Source: an uncultured bacterium
GTDB taxonomy: Bacteria > Chlamydiota > Chlamydiia > Chlamydiales > Rhabdochlamydiaceae
NCBI GenBank assembly: GCA_964455905.1
Contig: CAYVYN010000001.1
Span: 210,960 to 274,959, forward strand
Length of the DNA: 64,000 nucleotides
Direction of reading: 5' to 3'
The notes under the pieces were generated by a model. That model saw only the letters and a program-made list of their open reading frames with translations. It was not told the origin of the DNA and searched no databases. The position numbers were made by a program, and so were the translations under genes. Positions 16,622 through 26,220 of this stretch are shown here, piece by piece. Within the stretch, counting starts at the first letter, position 1. Each line of letters opens with the position of its first letter.

Positions 16622-19600
16622 ATGGCACTATCAAACACCTTATCAACGTCCTGCACCTCAGATAAAGCAGAACCTTCTATTGAAAAAAGCATTTCCCTGC
16701 CGTTAAAAATTGAACCAATTTTACCGTATGCGATGCATTCTCCTGAAATCGTTGCTCATGTAAAAGAGATGGAGCAAATCGTTGTAAAGTGTATTCCTCC
16801 TTTTTTCTTTCAAAAAACAACGTCCTTCTTTCAAACCAATCTACTTACTGAACTTCCGATTCTTAGCTGGGAAAAACCAGAAAGTTCCCCCGGGTGCATA
16901 GAACTGTCTTTACTTTGCCTTTCTTCAAAAGAAGATTCTACGGCAACTAAAATTGAATCCATCCTAAAAGAATGGGTTGTTCCTGGAAAAACTACAACTC
17001 TTCTATCCATCAAATCTCTTTATTTTCATTGGGATCAGTTTTCAGATAAATCTTTTCTTGTACTAAACGCTAAATGCTTAATAGAAAGTGAAAAAGACCT
17101 AAATAAGGCACTTACTTTACTCCCTTCTTTTTCGATGCAGCTGACTTCCTGTCTAAAAAGCCCTCACTCATTAAAAGATTTTTTTTCTTTAAGACCTCTT
17201 CTTCAAGAATTCAAACAAACTCAAGTGCACCAGCAACTTGTTCTTCTGATAGAAAAACTCCCCCTGCTCTTTAGCTCAGACCTATTTCTTGAAATGAGTC
17301 GTTTTTTTTCTTTATGCCCAAAATCCTTTTGCGATCCCAGAGCTCCGAGATTAATTACAAAAATTTTGGCTTTTCATTTTTTGATGAGAACCAATCTTCT
17401 TCGCCTAATTTCACTTTTCCCGGAAAAAAAACACCTTGAAATACGCTATATTAGAACTAACCTTACATTTCCCTTCGGCTCAAAACCCGTTGTAGGACTC
17501 GTTTTAGGAATATCTCCGCTAGGGAGACACGAATTTTTTGAAGAATGCCATATTGCTCAAGCAACACAAATGATTCTTCCTGGAACTCGGATAGTCAAAG
17601 GTTCATTTTATACATACCAAGGACCGCAAGACCCTATTTGTACTTTATATCTCGAATTAGAAAAAAAAGATGGCACCTCCTTTTCTGCTACTGAAATAAA
17701 CCTCTTAAAACAAGACTTGGAAGAAAAACTTAAACGTTGTGTAGAAAAACTAGTCCCATCAGTCTTTATGGCTCGCAACGAAGAAGAGACCATGCGAAAC
17801 ATCCTAATACTCAGCCAAGAATTAAAAAGACTATCAGACTTACCACAAGTAATGATTTCCCTTGATTCGCATACAACCTCAGAAATTTCTTTTACAATTA
17901 TACTGGTTAGAATTTTAAAGCCCGGAACCCCCTCTCTTGCCAAAAATTTTACAACTTTAAAATCTGAGGCTTTATTTGTATCAGATCGAGTACAACAAGT
18001 AGGTTTTTTAAAAAAGACAACACCAAAAGAAGCCCACGTTTTTCATCTTCGCTTCCCTAAAAGCAGCAATCTTTTGCGAGCAGATAACTCGGTTAATTTT
18101 TATTTAGCAAGAAGTCGAGCTTCCTCTATTTTGCTAGAAGCAATCGGGCCTTTTAGAGATTATAACGGGGGAATGATCCTGAAACAAGGAGAGCTCTTCT
18201 ATCAATTTCAAGATGCATTTTCTACTATTTCAGAAAAAAACCCAGAACTATTAGAGAATTTTTTCTTTTCTTTGAACCCTATTGAAGTCCAAGCAACTTT
18301 ACCGCTCTTGTCATTAGAAATACTTTTCAACCAATTTTTAGAAGCTCAAAAAACAAAACCTATACAAAAAGAAGACTACTTCATAAAAATTGAAGAACAC
18401 AAAAAGCAACTCTTCACAACAATACGCATACAAGACGTATCATTCAAAGAAGAACTTTTTTCTGCTCTTGCAGCACAAGGACTCTACTCCAAATCGCTTG
18501 TCCAAAGTTCAATTCAGATGCAAGGATCTCTTTACGTAAGCATCGTATTTCCTCACGTAGATGACAAAAAACAAAATCTAATTATCGCTACACTTCACGA
18601 AGCAATCAAAAAATGGGTTCTTAAAATTCAAAATCAACAAGTTTTAAATCTTAGCTTTTTAGAACTTCCACAATCACTAGATCCTAGACTTGCCGGAGAT
18701 GACTACTCTCACACAATTACAAAAATGCTTTTTGAAGGATTAACAAGACTTTCTGAGACAGGAAAACCAGAACTTGCTGCAGCAAGATCTGTAGAAATCT
18801 CTAAAGATTTAAAAAGTTATTTATTCAAACTCAAAAAATGTTACTGGTCTGATGGGTCTCCTGTTTGCGCGCAAGACTTTGCTTACACCTGGAAAAAAAT
18901 TCTATCGCCAGATTTTACAACAGCATTTGCTCACGTTTTCTACCCTATTAAAAATGCTAGGGCCGCTAAAGAAAACCGTTGCTCTATTGAAGATGTGGGT
19001 ATTACGGTACTAGGAGACTATTCTTTACTCGTAGAATTAGAACACCCAACTCCCGAATTTCTAGAACTTACAGCCTATTCCACATACTCTCCTGTGCATC
19101 ACATTATAGATAAAATACACCCTAACTGGAGTATTGGACGATTAGAAGATTTTGTTTGTAACGGACCTTTTGTTATAAAAAAAATCACTAACCACACAAG
19201 CTATGAATTAACCAAAAATTCGTTTTATTGGGATAAAGACCACATTCGCCTACAGAAAATTCTACTATCCAAAAACACAACGCTCGTAGCGAATGAAATG
19301 TTTAAAAATGACGAAATTCACTGGCTAGGTCGACCTATGCATCCTTGGGAAGGCTCCTCTAATGGAATTTCAGAATCATTCACAGTTTCTGCCCCAATAG
19401 GTATTCACTGGTGCATCTTTAATACCGAAAAATTTCCATTCAATAACGCGAACCTCAGACGGGCTTTTGATCTTGCAATCGATAAAAATGACCTCACAAA
19501 AAAAATACCCTATGAACACTTACCTGCATCAACTCCTCTTCCACTCTCCCACACCCTTAATCATTCCGAAGAAAGAACTTTAGGAAATGAAAGTAAAGCA

Positions 19601-20137
19601 CTAGAGCTCTTCGAGCTGGCCTTAGAAGAACTCGGTCTTTCGAGAAAAACATTCCCGCTCCTTACGTTAAATTTCACGAATACGCCCTTAAGAAAAAGCA
19701 TTGCATCCTATATTACAAAAAGATGGAAAGATCTCTTTCAAATTTCTTGTAGATCAGAAGGATTCAACTTCAATACTCTTTTTGGAAAAATTTTAAAAGG
19801 TGACTTTCAAGCAACGTGTATGTCTTGGAAACCTCACGTTAACACACCTGGATTCACTCTAAACGCATTTAAATACGGTAATCAAGATATTAACTTTGCA
19901 AAATGGGCAAATCCTAAATTTCAAAAACTATTAGAGCTAGAAAGAGAGGAACTTGATCCCATAGAAAAAATCAAGCTGCTTTCCGAAGCCGAACAACTTT
20001 TAATACAAGAGGTTCCTTTATTTTCTCTTTTTTATGAAAGAGAACAAAATATAAAAAAGAATCACCTCCACCAAGTAGTATATTCTAGAACTACAGGGCT
20101 TGTTGATTTTAAATACGCCTATCTAGAAAGGAGATGA
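16622..20137 (+). CDS. Fusion protein: unknown ~670-aa N-terminal region plus family-5 (OppA/DppA-type) solute-binding domain
   Basis: The C-terminal part, from about nt 18630, has LDPRLAGDDYSHTITKMLFEGLTR...YWSDGSPVCAQDFAYTWKKILSP, typical of SBP_bac_5. No signal peptide is visible at the N-terminus. Confidence 0.7.
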   Translation: MALSNTLSTSCTSDKAEPSIEKSISLPLKIEPILPYAMHSPEIVAHVKEMEQIVVKCIPPFFFQKTTSFFQTNLLTELPILSWEKPESSPGCIELSLLCLSSKEDSTATKIESILKEWVVPGKTTTLLSIKSLYFHWDQFSDKSFLVLNAKCLIESEKDLNKALTLLPSFSMQLTSCLKSPHSLKDFFSLRPLLQEFKQTQVHQQLVLLIEKLPLLFSSDLFLEMSRFFSLCPKSFCDPRAPRLITKILAFHFLMRTNLLRLISLFPEKKHLEIRYIRTNLTFPFGSKPVVGLVLGISPLGRHEFFEECHIAQATQMILPGTRIVKGSFYTYQGPQDPICTLYLELEKKDGTSFSATEINLLKQDLEEKLKRCVEKLVPSVFMARNEEETMRNILILSQELKRLSDLPQVMISLDSHTTSEISFTIILVRILKPGTPSLAKNFTTLKSEALFVSDRVQQVGFLKKTTPKEAHVFHLRFPKSSNLLRADNSVNFYLARSRASSILLEAIGPFRDYNGGMILKQGELFYQFQDAFSTISEKNPELLENFFFSLNPIEVQATLPLLSLEILFNQFLEAQKTKPIQKEDYFIKIEEHKKQLFTTIRIQDVSFKEELFSALAAQGLYSKSLVQSSIQMQGSLYVSIVFPHVDDKKQNLIIATLHEAIKKWVLKIQNQQVLNLSFLELPQSLDPRLAGDDYSHTITKMLFEGLTRLSETGKPELAAARSVEISKDLKSYLFKLKKCYWSDGSPVCAQDFAYTWKKILSPDFTTAFAHVFYPIKNARAAKENRCSIEDVGITVLGDYSLLVELEHPTPEFLELTAYSTYSPVHHIIDKIHPNWSIGRLEDFVCNGPFVIKKITNHTSYELTKNSFYWDKDHIRLQKILLSKNTTLVANEMFKNDEIHWLGRPMHPWEGSSNGISESFTVSAPIGIHWCIFNTEKFPFNNANLRRAFDLAIDKNDLTKKIPYEHLPASTPLPLSHTLNHSEERTLGNESKALELFELALEELGLSRKTFPLLTLNFTNTPLRKSIASYITKRWKDLFQISCRSEGFNFNTLFGKILKGDFQATCMSWKPHVNTPGFTLNAFKYGNQDINFAKWANPKFQKLLELEREELDPIEKIKLLSEAEQLLIQEVPLFSLFYEREQNIKKNHLHQVVYSRTTGLVDFKYAYLERR

Positions 20138-20189
20138 TTATTTTGTTGAAAACAAAAAATTTACATAAACTTATAACTATAGGTGAAAT

Positions 20190-20516
20190 ATGTTAGTAAA
20201 TCTAAAAACAGAAGATGCTAGACTTAATAAAAAAAACCCACTTACAATAGCTTTTCATCCTGATGTTCAAAATTCTTTTGATGCTGAAAGGAAATTAAAA
20301 GATGCTCCGATAGGCTCTTTTTTAACTTTCTCTACCGACGATAAACGTAACTACTGCTCTGCTGTCTGGGAAAATGGAGAAATTGTGACAAATCCACTTC
20401 ATTGGGATGTATCAGGAAGCTGGAAAAATGGTACAGGCGGCCCTTTTGCAACAGTTGAAGATCTTTTAGACCACTTAGTGAATGGCCTTATTCCTATAGC
20501 TTTTACAACCTATTAA
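20190..20516 (+). CDS. Small hypothetical protein with an SH2-like sequence pattern
   Basis: 108 aa. FHPDV..FDAERKL..PIGSFLTFSTDDKRNYCSAV...FATVEDLLDHL parallels the SH2 layout (W.F.G...AE.LL...GTFLVRES....Y.LSV...F.SL.ELV.HY). A strong terminator follows. Confidence 0.35.
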   Translation: MLVNLKTEDARLNKKNPLTIAFHPDVQNSFDAERKLKDAPIGSFLTFSTDDKRNYCSAVWENGEIVTNPLHWDVSGSWKNGTGGPFATVEDLLDHLVNGLIPIAFTTY

Positions 20517-20525
20517 TTAAGTCAA

Positions 20526-20553
20526 AGAGCCCCTTCATAAAGGGGCTCTTTTT
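20526..20553 (+). terminator. Rho-independent terminator
   Basis: AGAGCCCCTT-cataa-AGGGGCTCT followed by TTTTT. Confidence 0.7.
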
Positions 20554-20627
20554 ATCTTCTTATTAATTCTCTATAATTACATTTTTTTGATCAAAAAATT
20601 CCCATTAGAAAGTTCTGTTTACTCTAA

Positions 20628-21599
20628 ATGGCACCTTCTTATATTCTCTATTCTTTCAAGCGAGCTCTTATGAAAAAAACTTCTTTTGTCCAACCTAAAA
20701 CACTTCTTGCCTGGGCTATTTGCGCAAGCTTGCTCTCTTCTTTGTCTTATACTATAATGCTCACATTCGCAAAATTTTCTTTAGAGTTTTGCACAACGAA
20801 CCAACTCGCTTTTTTTCGAAGCCTTATATCCTTTTTTCTCACAGTAGGGGTCACAGCATTTTCTTCCCAAAAGGGATCCTATATAAGTTTTTTAAAAACA
20901 ACAGAAATAAATATTCATTTAATACGCTGTTCATCAGCATTGATTGCTGTGTATTTATATATGTACTCAATAAAAAATATTTCGATTACGGAAGGATCTC
21001 TTCTTTTCAATACTAGCCCCTTTTTCATCCCTTTTATTGCGTATTTCTGGAAAAAATCCCCCATAGACGTCAAGATTTGGCCGGGAATTTTCACTGCCTT
21101 TTTAGGGTTAGCTCTTTTAGCTCATCCAAGTAATAGTTATTATACACCTTCATTCTGGATAGCACTACTAGCAGGAATCATGGGAGCGGTCTCTGTTGTT
21201 GCCCTTCGTTTTTCCCACTACAGCGAACCCCTTTTTAGAAGCTTATTTTATTATGGAGTATTTTCAACTATAGTTACCGGAATTATCTGTTCTCCTGAAG
21301 GACTAAATCTTTCTTCCGTTCTACAAACCAAAGCACTTCTTCCCATTTTAGTCGTTGGAATTACAGGGTTTTCTTATCAAGTTCTGATTGCTGTTGCGAT
21401 CAAATACGCCCCTGCTAAACAAATAGGACCTTTTTTTTATATTTCCGTAATTTTTGGAACTATTTTCGACCTAATGTTCTGGCAAAAAACTCTAAAACCA
21501 GTTGAAATATTAGGTATATTTCTAATTATTGCAGGCCTTTTTTTGATGATTTTCCTAGTAAAATCGAAAAAAACAGACAAAATTTCTTTCAGCGAATAA
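20628..21599 (+). CDS. EamA/DMT-superfamily transporter
   Basis: About 10 hydrophobic segments in two similar halves, as in EamA. An alternative start is MKKTSF at 20670. Confidence 0.7.
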   Translation: MAPSYILYSFKRALMKKTSFVQPKTLLAWAICASLLSSLSYTIMLTFAKFSLEFCTTNQLAFFRSLISFFLTVGVTAFSSQKGSYISFLKTTEINIHLIRCSSALIAVYLYMYSIKNISITEGSLLFNTSPFFIPFIAYFWKKSPIDVKIWPGIFTAFLGLALLAHPSNSYYTPSFWIALLAGIMGAVSVVALRFSHYSEPLFRSLFYYGVFSTIVTGIICSPEGLNLSSVLQTKALLPILVVGITGFSYQVLIAVAIKYAPAKQIGPFFYISVIFGTIFDLMFWQKTLKPVEILGIFLIIAGLFLMIFLVKSKKTDKISFSE

Positions 21600-21620
21600 A
21601 AAAACAGACTTTTTCAGTTT

Positions 21621-21648
21621 TTGACAAAAAACTTGTGGATTATATAAT
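21621..21648 (+). promoter_or_regulatory. Near-consensus sigma-70-type promoter
   Basis: TTGACA (21621-21626), 16-nt spacer, TATAAT (21643-21648). It overlaps the ORF-track GTG start at 21635. Confidence 0.55.
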
Positions 21649-21691
21649 CGCAAAAAAATTACCGTCTATCTCATATCCTATGGTGAGCCTC

Positions 21692-24358
21692 ATGATTAAA
21701 AATTCTTATAAAATAGCTAAACAACTGTCTCTTTGCTGCAGTTCTCTAATACTTCTTTCTCTTGTTCAAGGAAAAACTTCTTCCCAAGACCTTTCTTTGC
21801 TAAAACGTGTTAAAGAGCACTGGAAGGAAGGCGACTACTCTTTAGCAAAAAAACAAATCCAAACCTACCTCAATAAGAACCCTACCGCTGAACTCTCAGA
21901 AGAGCTCCATTTACTTTTAGGTGATATTTACTTTCAAGAAGGCAATTTCACAATTGCTTTAGAAGAATACAACCAAATAGAAAGAACCGATCTTTTAGAA
22001 AAAGCTCAATACAATAAGGCTCTCTGTTTATACGAAAATAAAAAAATCGATGAGCTCTATTCATTAACCCAATCAACTTCGTTCCTTTTAAACTTAAATA
22101 ACGAAGAAAAAAATTCAATCTTATACCTTACAGCTTCATCTCTTTTTACATTACAAAAAACAACAGACCAATCTCCTGAAAAAGACTTGCTAAATAAAGC
22201 AAGAATACTCTTCGAAGAATGTTTAAAAAGTAACTTCGCTAAAAACTCCCTACCACTTCTTGCAGAAATTTACATATTACAAAAAGAAAATGCTAGAGCC
22301 GCTAACTGTTATCTTGCATTAGCTAGCGAAAACCCCTCTGAAAAAGCAGACCTGACGTCTGCTGCAGCTCTTCTTCTTGCCGATACAGACCCAAGCCAAG
22401 CTTTAGAACTCATACAATCGATCCTACCGCTGGATTCAGCGCAAAAAGCTGCAACTGTCTTCAACTGTATTGTCCTAGAATATCAACTAAAACAATTTAA
22501 AGAAGTAGTGGACACCTATAAAAAACATGAATCTTTTATTAATTCAGAAACAGAACGCACGACAAATTACTTAGTAGGAAAAAGCCTATACTATTTAACT
22601 GACTACAAAGAAGCTCCGATATATCTACTAAAAACGCTAGAAGACGGCAACTCTTCTCTTTCCAGCAAAAAAACAGCCTATCTTATGCTTTTAGATTGCG
22701 CGTACAAAACACAAAACATCTATCTATATAAAGAAGTTTGGAAGAACACAAATTTTCTTACGGAAAATACAGATGATCCCAAAATCCATTTAGCGTATTT
22801 AGATCTTTTAAAATTATATGAAAAAAAAGAAGAACTCATAGAGGAATCGAGAGCCTTTTTAGCTAAGTATCCAGAAAATCTTGAAGAAGATAAGGTTCAT
22901 CTAAATCTAACTTATGCACTCTATGATTCCGAAAACTGGGAGCAAACAGAAAGTCTTATTACCGATTTTCTAGAAAAACACAGTAATCATCCTTCAAAAA
23001 CCAACCTTTTAAGGCTAAAAGTCAACTGCGCTAGTAAACAATTACAAAATTCTTCTAGTGAAAAACTTTCGGACCTGGAAAACCATTGGATTGCCGTCTT
23101 AGAAAACACCTTAGAAAATCCAGGTGTATTTTCCTCAGAAGAAAAAGAAAACTACCAACTTGAATTAATTAAGAATCTATTTAAAAAAGAGCAATTCTCT
23201 AAGACCTTAGAAACAATTGAAAAATTTCAAACAGAATTTTCCACAAGAGCATCTAACTATGACGTGCAACTAATGAAAGCTCTTTGCTATTTAAAAGATC
23301 CCGAAGCTAAACTTCTTTTTGCTTTGCACGCTGAAAAACTGCTACAAAACTACGAACAAAATGGAGATTTTCCTTCTTTAAGACTACATCTTTTTAATAC
23401 CTATCTAAAATTGGCTGATGAGTCTCTCCTTCAAACAAAAAATGATCTATTAGAAAAAGCAGCCAACCACCTATTTTACATCTTTCAAAATAAAGAAAAT
23501 CCAATAAAAGATGAAAACATAAAATGGCTTACAGATTATTATTATAAAAATGCAGAACACTCATTAATAGCACTAGACAGAGCAAATTTATTACTTGAAC
23601 ATCTTGTAAATAACACTCCAGCTAATCAAAAAATAAACGAAACTACCGTATATAAATTATGTAAAATTCTTTCTTACAAATCCGAGAATGAAAAAAAACT
23701 AGAACTACTTGATAAATGTATAACCGCTAACAATCTTTCCTCAAATCCAGAAACAAACCTGCAAAAAGAGCTTTTTTTCGAACTAGCCAAAACTAGTCAA
23801 CAACTCGGTAAAACAGAAAAAGCATTGGATCTTTATGACACATTAATTCGAAGCTGCGACTCTTCTTTAATCGGCGCTATTTCACTTATTGAACGATCAA
23901 AACTTCTCTTTACTTATATGAAAACCGAAGAAAAAACAGAAAACAACCCCGTATGCTTAGAAATATTAAGCAACTTAAAAGATTTAGAAATGCGTCTAGA
24001 CCCATTGGTAGAACCTATCTGCTTAGAAGCTGGGCTAGAGTATATAACCTGTAAAACATCTCTTTCAGAAAATCAAGCAGAGTACAACCAAAAAACAGCA
24101 AACCTTTTTCGACTTTTTAAAGATACTTTCAGCTCTTCTCCTTTATACACTAAAGAAAACCTAGGAGAAAAATGGACTCTTGTAGATGCTTATATGAAAT
24201 TTGCTGAACTAGAAATTCTTCGCTTAGATGGTCTTTCTTTGGAAGATTGTAAAATTATTGACAATAAGCTAAAAGCATTAGAAAAAAACACAAATACACC
24301 TGAGTCCTTGAAAAACCGAATTCAAATAAGCCGTCGGGAGTTAAGCGAAAACCTATGA
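21692..24358 (+). CDS. Large secreted TPR-repeat protein
   Basis: Start placed at an ATG downstream of the promoter (alternative 21680). Signal-like MIKNSYKIAKQLSLCCSSLILLSLVQG. Many TPR-like units (LLLGDIYFQEGNFTIALEEY...). Confidence 0.65.
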   Translation: MIKNSYKIAKQLSLCCSSLILLSLVQGKTSSQDLSLLKRVKEHWKEGDYSLAKKQIQTYLNKNPTAELSEELHLLLGDIYFQEGNFTIALEEYNQIERTDLLEKAQYNKALCLYENKKIDELYSLTQSTSFLLNLNNEEKNSILYLTASSLFTLQKTTDQSPEKDLLNKARILFEECLKSNFAKNSLPLLAEIYILQKENARAANCYLALASENPSEKADLTSAAALLLADTDPSQALELIQSILPLDSAQKAATVFNCIVLEYQLKQFKEVVDTYKKHESFINSETERTTNYLVGKSLYYLTDYKEAPIYLLKTLEDGNSSLSSKKTAYLMLLDCAYKTQNIYLYKEVWKNTNFLTENTDDPKIHLAYLDLLKLYEKKEELIEESRAFLAKYPENLEEDKVHLNLTYALYDSENWEQTESLITDFLEKHSNHPSKTNLLRLKVNCASKQLQNSSSEKLSDLENHWIAVLENTLENPGVFSSEEKENYQLELIKNLFKKEQFSKTLETIEKFQTEFSTRASNYDVQLMKALCYLKDPEAKLLFALHAEKLLQNYEQNGDFPSLRLHLFNTYLKLADESLLQTKNDLLEKAANHLFYIFQNKENPIKDENIKWLTDYYYKNAEHSLIALDRANLLLEHLVNNTPANQKINETTVYKLCKILSYKSENEKKLELLDKCITANNLSSNPETNLQKELFFELAKTSQQLGKTEKALDLYDTLIRSCDSSLIGAISLIERSKLLFTYMKTEEKTENNPVCLEILSNLKDLEMRLDPLVEPICLEAGLEYITCKTSLSENQAEYNQKTANLFRLFKDTFSSSPLYTKENLGEKWTLVDAYMKFAELEILRLDGLSLEDCKIIDNKLKALEKNTNTPESLKNRIQISRRELSENL

Positions 24359-26220
24359 ATGAACCTACAAAGAACTTTTCCCATAAAACAGGTCTTTTAG
24401 CTAAATGCCTCCTAGCATCACTTGCGCTACACTCTGCTGCTATTTATTTTTTTATTCAATACCCAATTTCTATAAAAGAAATGGGCGATTCGTTTTTTCA
24501 AAATACCACTCCAATAGCAAAAGAGTTGGACCCCGATACTCTTTATGACCCAAAAGACTCCACTTTAGATGATTTTTTCGCAGAATTTGCAGCAAACCGG
24601 CCTACTCCAGCTCCCCAAACCTTAAAAGAAATTCTAGCAAAACACCCTCTTTTATTAGAAAATTCACAAGACCAATTTTTGGTTTCGACTTCTCAAATAT
24701 CTGGACTAGAAGAACACGTGAAAGAAAATCAGCCACTAGCCCCTGTAACTTTTACTTTTGAGCCCGAAGAGCCTATTGCGTTAGCTATTACCAACGTAGC
24801 CCCCTCTCAACCCCCTGTAACTACAGCCAATGCGAAATTCGAGTCCCCTAGCGCCTTTCTTCCTGCTGATGAATTTCTAATAGCTGCACCTCTCATAGAT
24901 GATAGAGTTTTATCTGAAAAAGATTTAAACGAACAATTGTCCACTCCTGATTTAGAAAATATCTCTACTTATAAAAATAGCGCGGTAACAAATACGTCCC
25001 CGTCCTTAGAAATGGAGGTTATTCGATCTAGCGAAAAATTAGCACGTCTATTCATGGCTAATGACGCCGAACAACCTTTATTGGAAAAACCTACCTACAC
25101 CTTTCCAAATAATGATGATACCATCTTCTCCTATCGACAAAATTCAACGCTCGAAATTGATGACTATCTTCCAACCAAGGCACTTTATTCATTAAAGTGG
25201 AATGATAACTTTGACATTAAGACCTCTTTTTTTCCTGATGGCGATAGCTACATTTTTTCTATCACAGTCACACCCACGCAAAATTTAGAAGAGGAACGAA
25301 TTAAACAAAACACCTACTTTCTTATAGATACTTCTTCTGAAATAGAAAAACACAAGATTACCGTATTTAAAAAATCTGTCTTCAAAGCCCTGTCCTCTCT
25401 GCAAGAAGGCGACTTTTTCAATATCTACCTTTTAGATAAAACGACCGAAAAACTCACTCCTTATAATCTTAAGGTTTCCTTACCAAATATTCGCTTAGCA
25501 CAAGAATTTCTAGAAAAACATCAAGAAAAACCTTTTTTTGCTTCATTTGATTTACTCAAAGGACTCCAAGAGACCTTAAAACAAATACCAGAAGATGATG
25601 AAGTCCATACAGTGATTTTACTTACAAACGGAAAGCTCACGTCAAATCCTTCGGTTACCAAAAAAGAAATCACTAAACTCTTAGAAAAAAATGAAGGAAA
25701 AATTAACTTATTCACTATAACTGCCGGTAAAAATAATAATATTGTCAACTTAGACATGCTCAGTTCCCTTTTCGGAGGAAAGCTTCTTTATTCAGACACT
25801 AATGCGTCTTTACCAAGAAAACTCGGTTCTTTTATAAAAAGCCTTCATTCTCCATTAATTAAAGATATATCTATTTCCTTAGAAACAGCAGATCCTAAAG
25901 CTAACATTTCCATTTTTCCTTTAAACACCAAAACGCCTAATTTACATCAAAAAGAGCCGTTTATCATTATGGGAAAAATAAACCGATTAACTCCAATTTC
26001 ACTCACGTTAGAAGGAAGAAATGAAGAAGGTTGGATTCTTTTACAAAAAGAGCTCGACTTTGAAATGGCCGAAGAATCCTCAAACGCAATAAAAAAAGAA
26101 TGGGAACTTCGTCAAACAGCTTCTTTATATGGGAAATTTCTAGAGGATTCTAAGTCCATCCATCTAAAAGAAGCAAAAGAAGTTTTAAAAACAGCTCACG
26201 GTAGGACTCTTGGAGAATGA
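24355..26220 (+). CDS. Membrane-anchored von Willebrand factor A (vWA) domain protein
   Basis: N-terminal TM (LLAKCLLASLALHSAAIYFFI). vWA/MIDAS YFLIDTSSE, DFFNIYLLD and VILLTNGK. ATGA overlap with the TPR gene. Confidence 0.7.
   Translation: MNEPTKNFSHKTGLLAKCLLASLALHSAAIYFFIQYPISIKEMGDSFFQNTTPIAKELDPDTLYDPKDSTLDDFFAEFAANRPTPAPQTLKEILAKHPLLLENSQDQFLVSTSQISGLEEHVKENQPLAPVTFTFEPEEPIALAITNVAPSQPPVTTANAKFESPSAFLPADEFLIAAPLIDDRVLSEKDLNEQLSTPDLENISTYKNSAVTNTSPSLEMEVIRSSEKLARLFMANDAEQPLLEKPTYTFPNNDDTIFSYRQNSTLEIDDYLPTKALYSLKWNDNFDIKTSFFPDGDSYIFSITVTPTQNLEEERIKQNTYFLIDTSSEIEKHKITVFKKSVFKALSSLQEGDFFNIYLLDKTTEKLTPYNLKVSLPNIRLAQEFLEKHQEKPFFASFDLLKGLQETLKQIPEDDEVHTVILLTNGKLTSNPSVTKKEITKLLEKNEGKINLFTITAGKNNNIVNLDMLSSLFGGKLLYSDTNASLPRKLGSFIKSLHSPLIKDISISLETADPKANISIFPLNTKTPNLHQKEPFIIMGKINRLTPISLTLEGRNEEGWILLQKELDFEMAEESSNAIKKEWELRQTASLYGKFLEDSKSIHLKEAKEVLKTAHGRTLGE

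Noticed and set aside
21635-21691. GTG start of the TPR protein as given in the ORF track
   Set aside because: The GTG lies inside the spacer of a near-consensus TTGACA-N16-TATAAT promoter. Downstream ATGs give a proper signal peptide.
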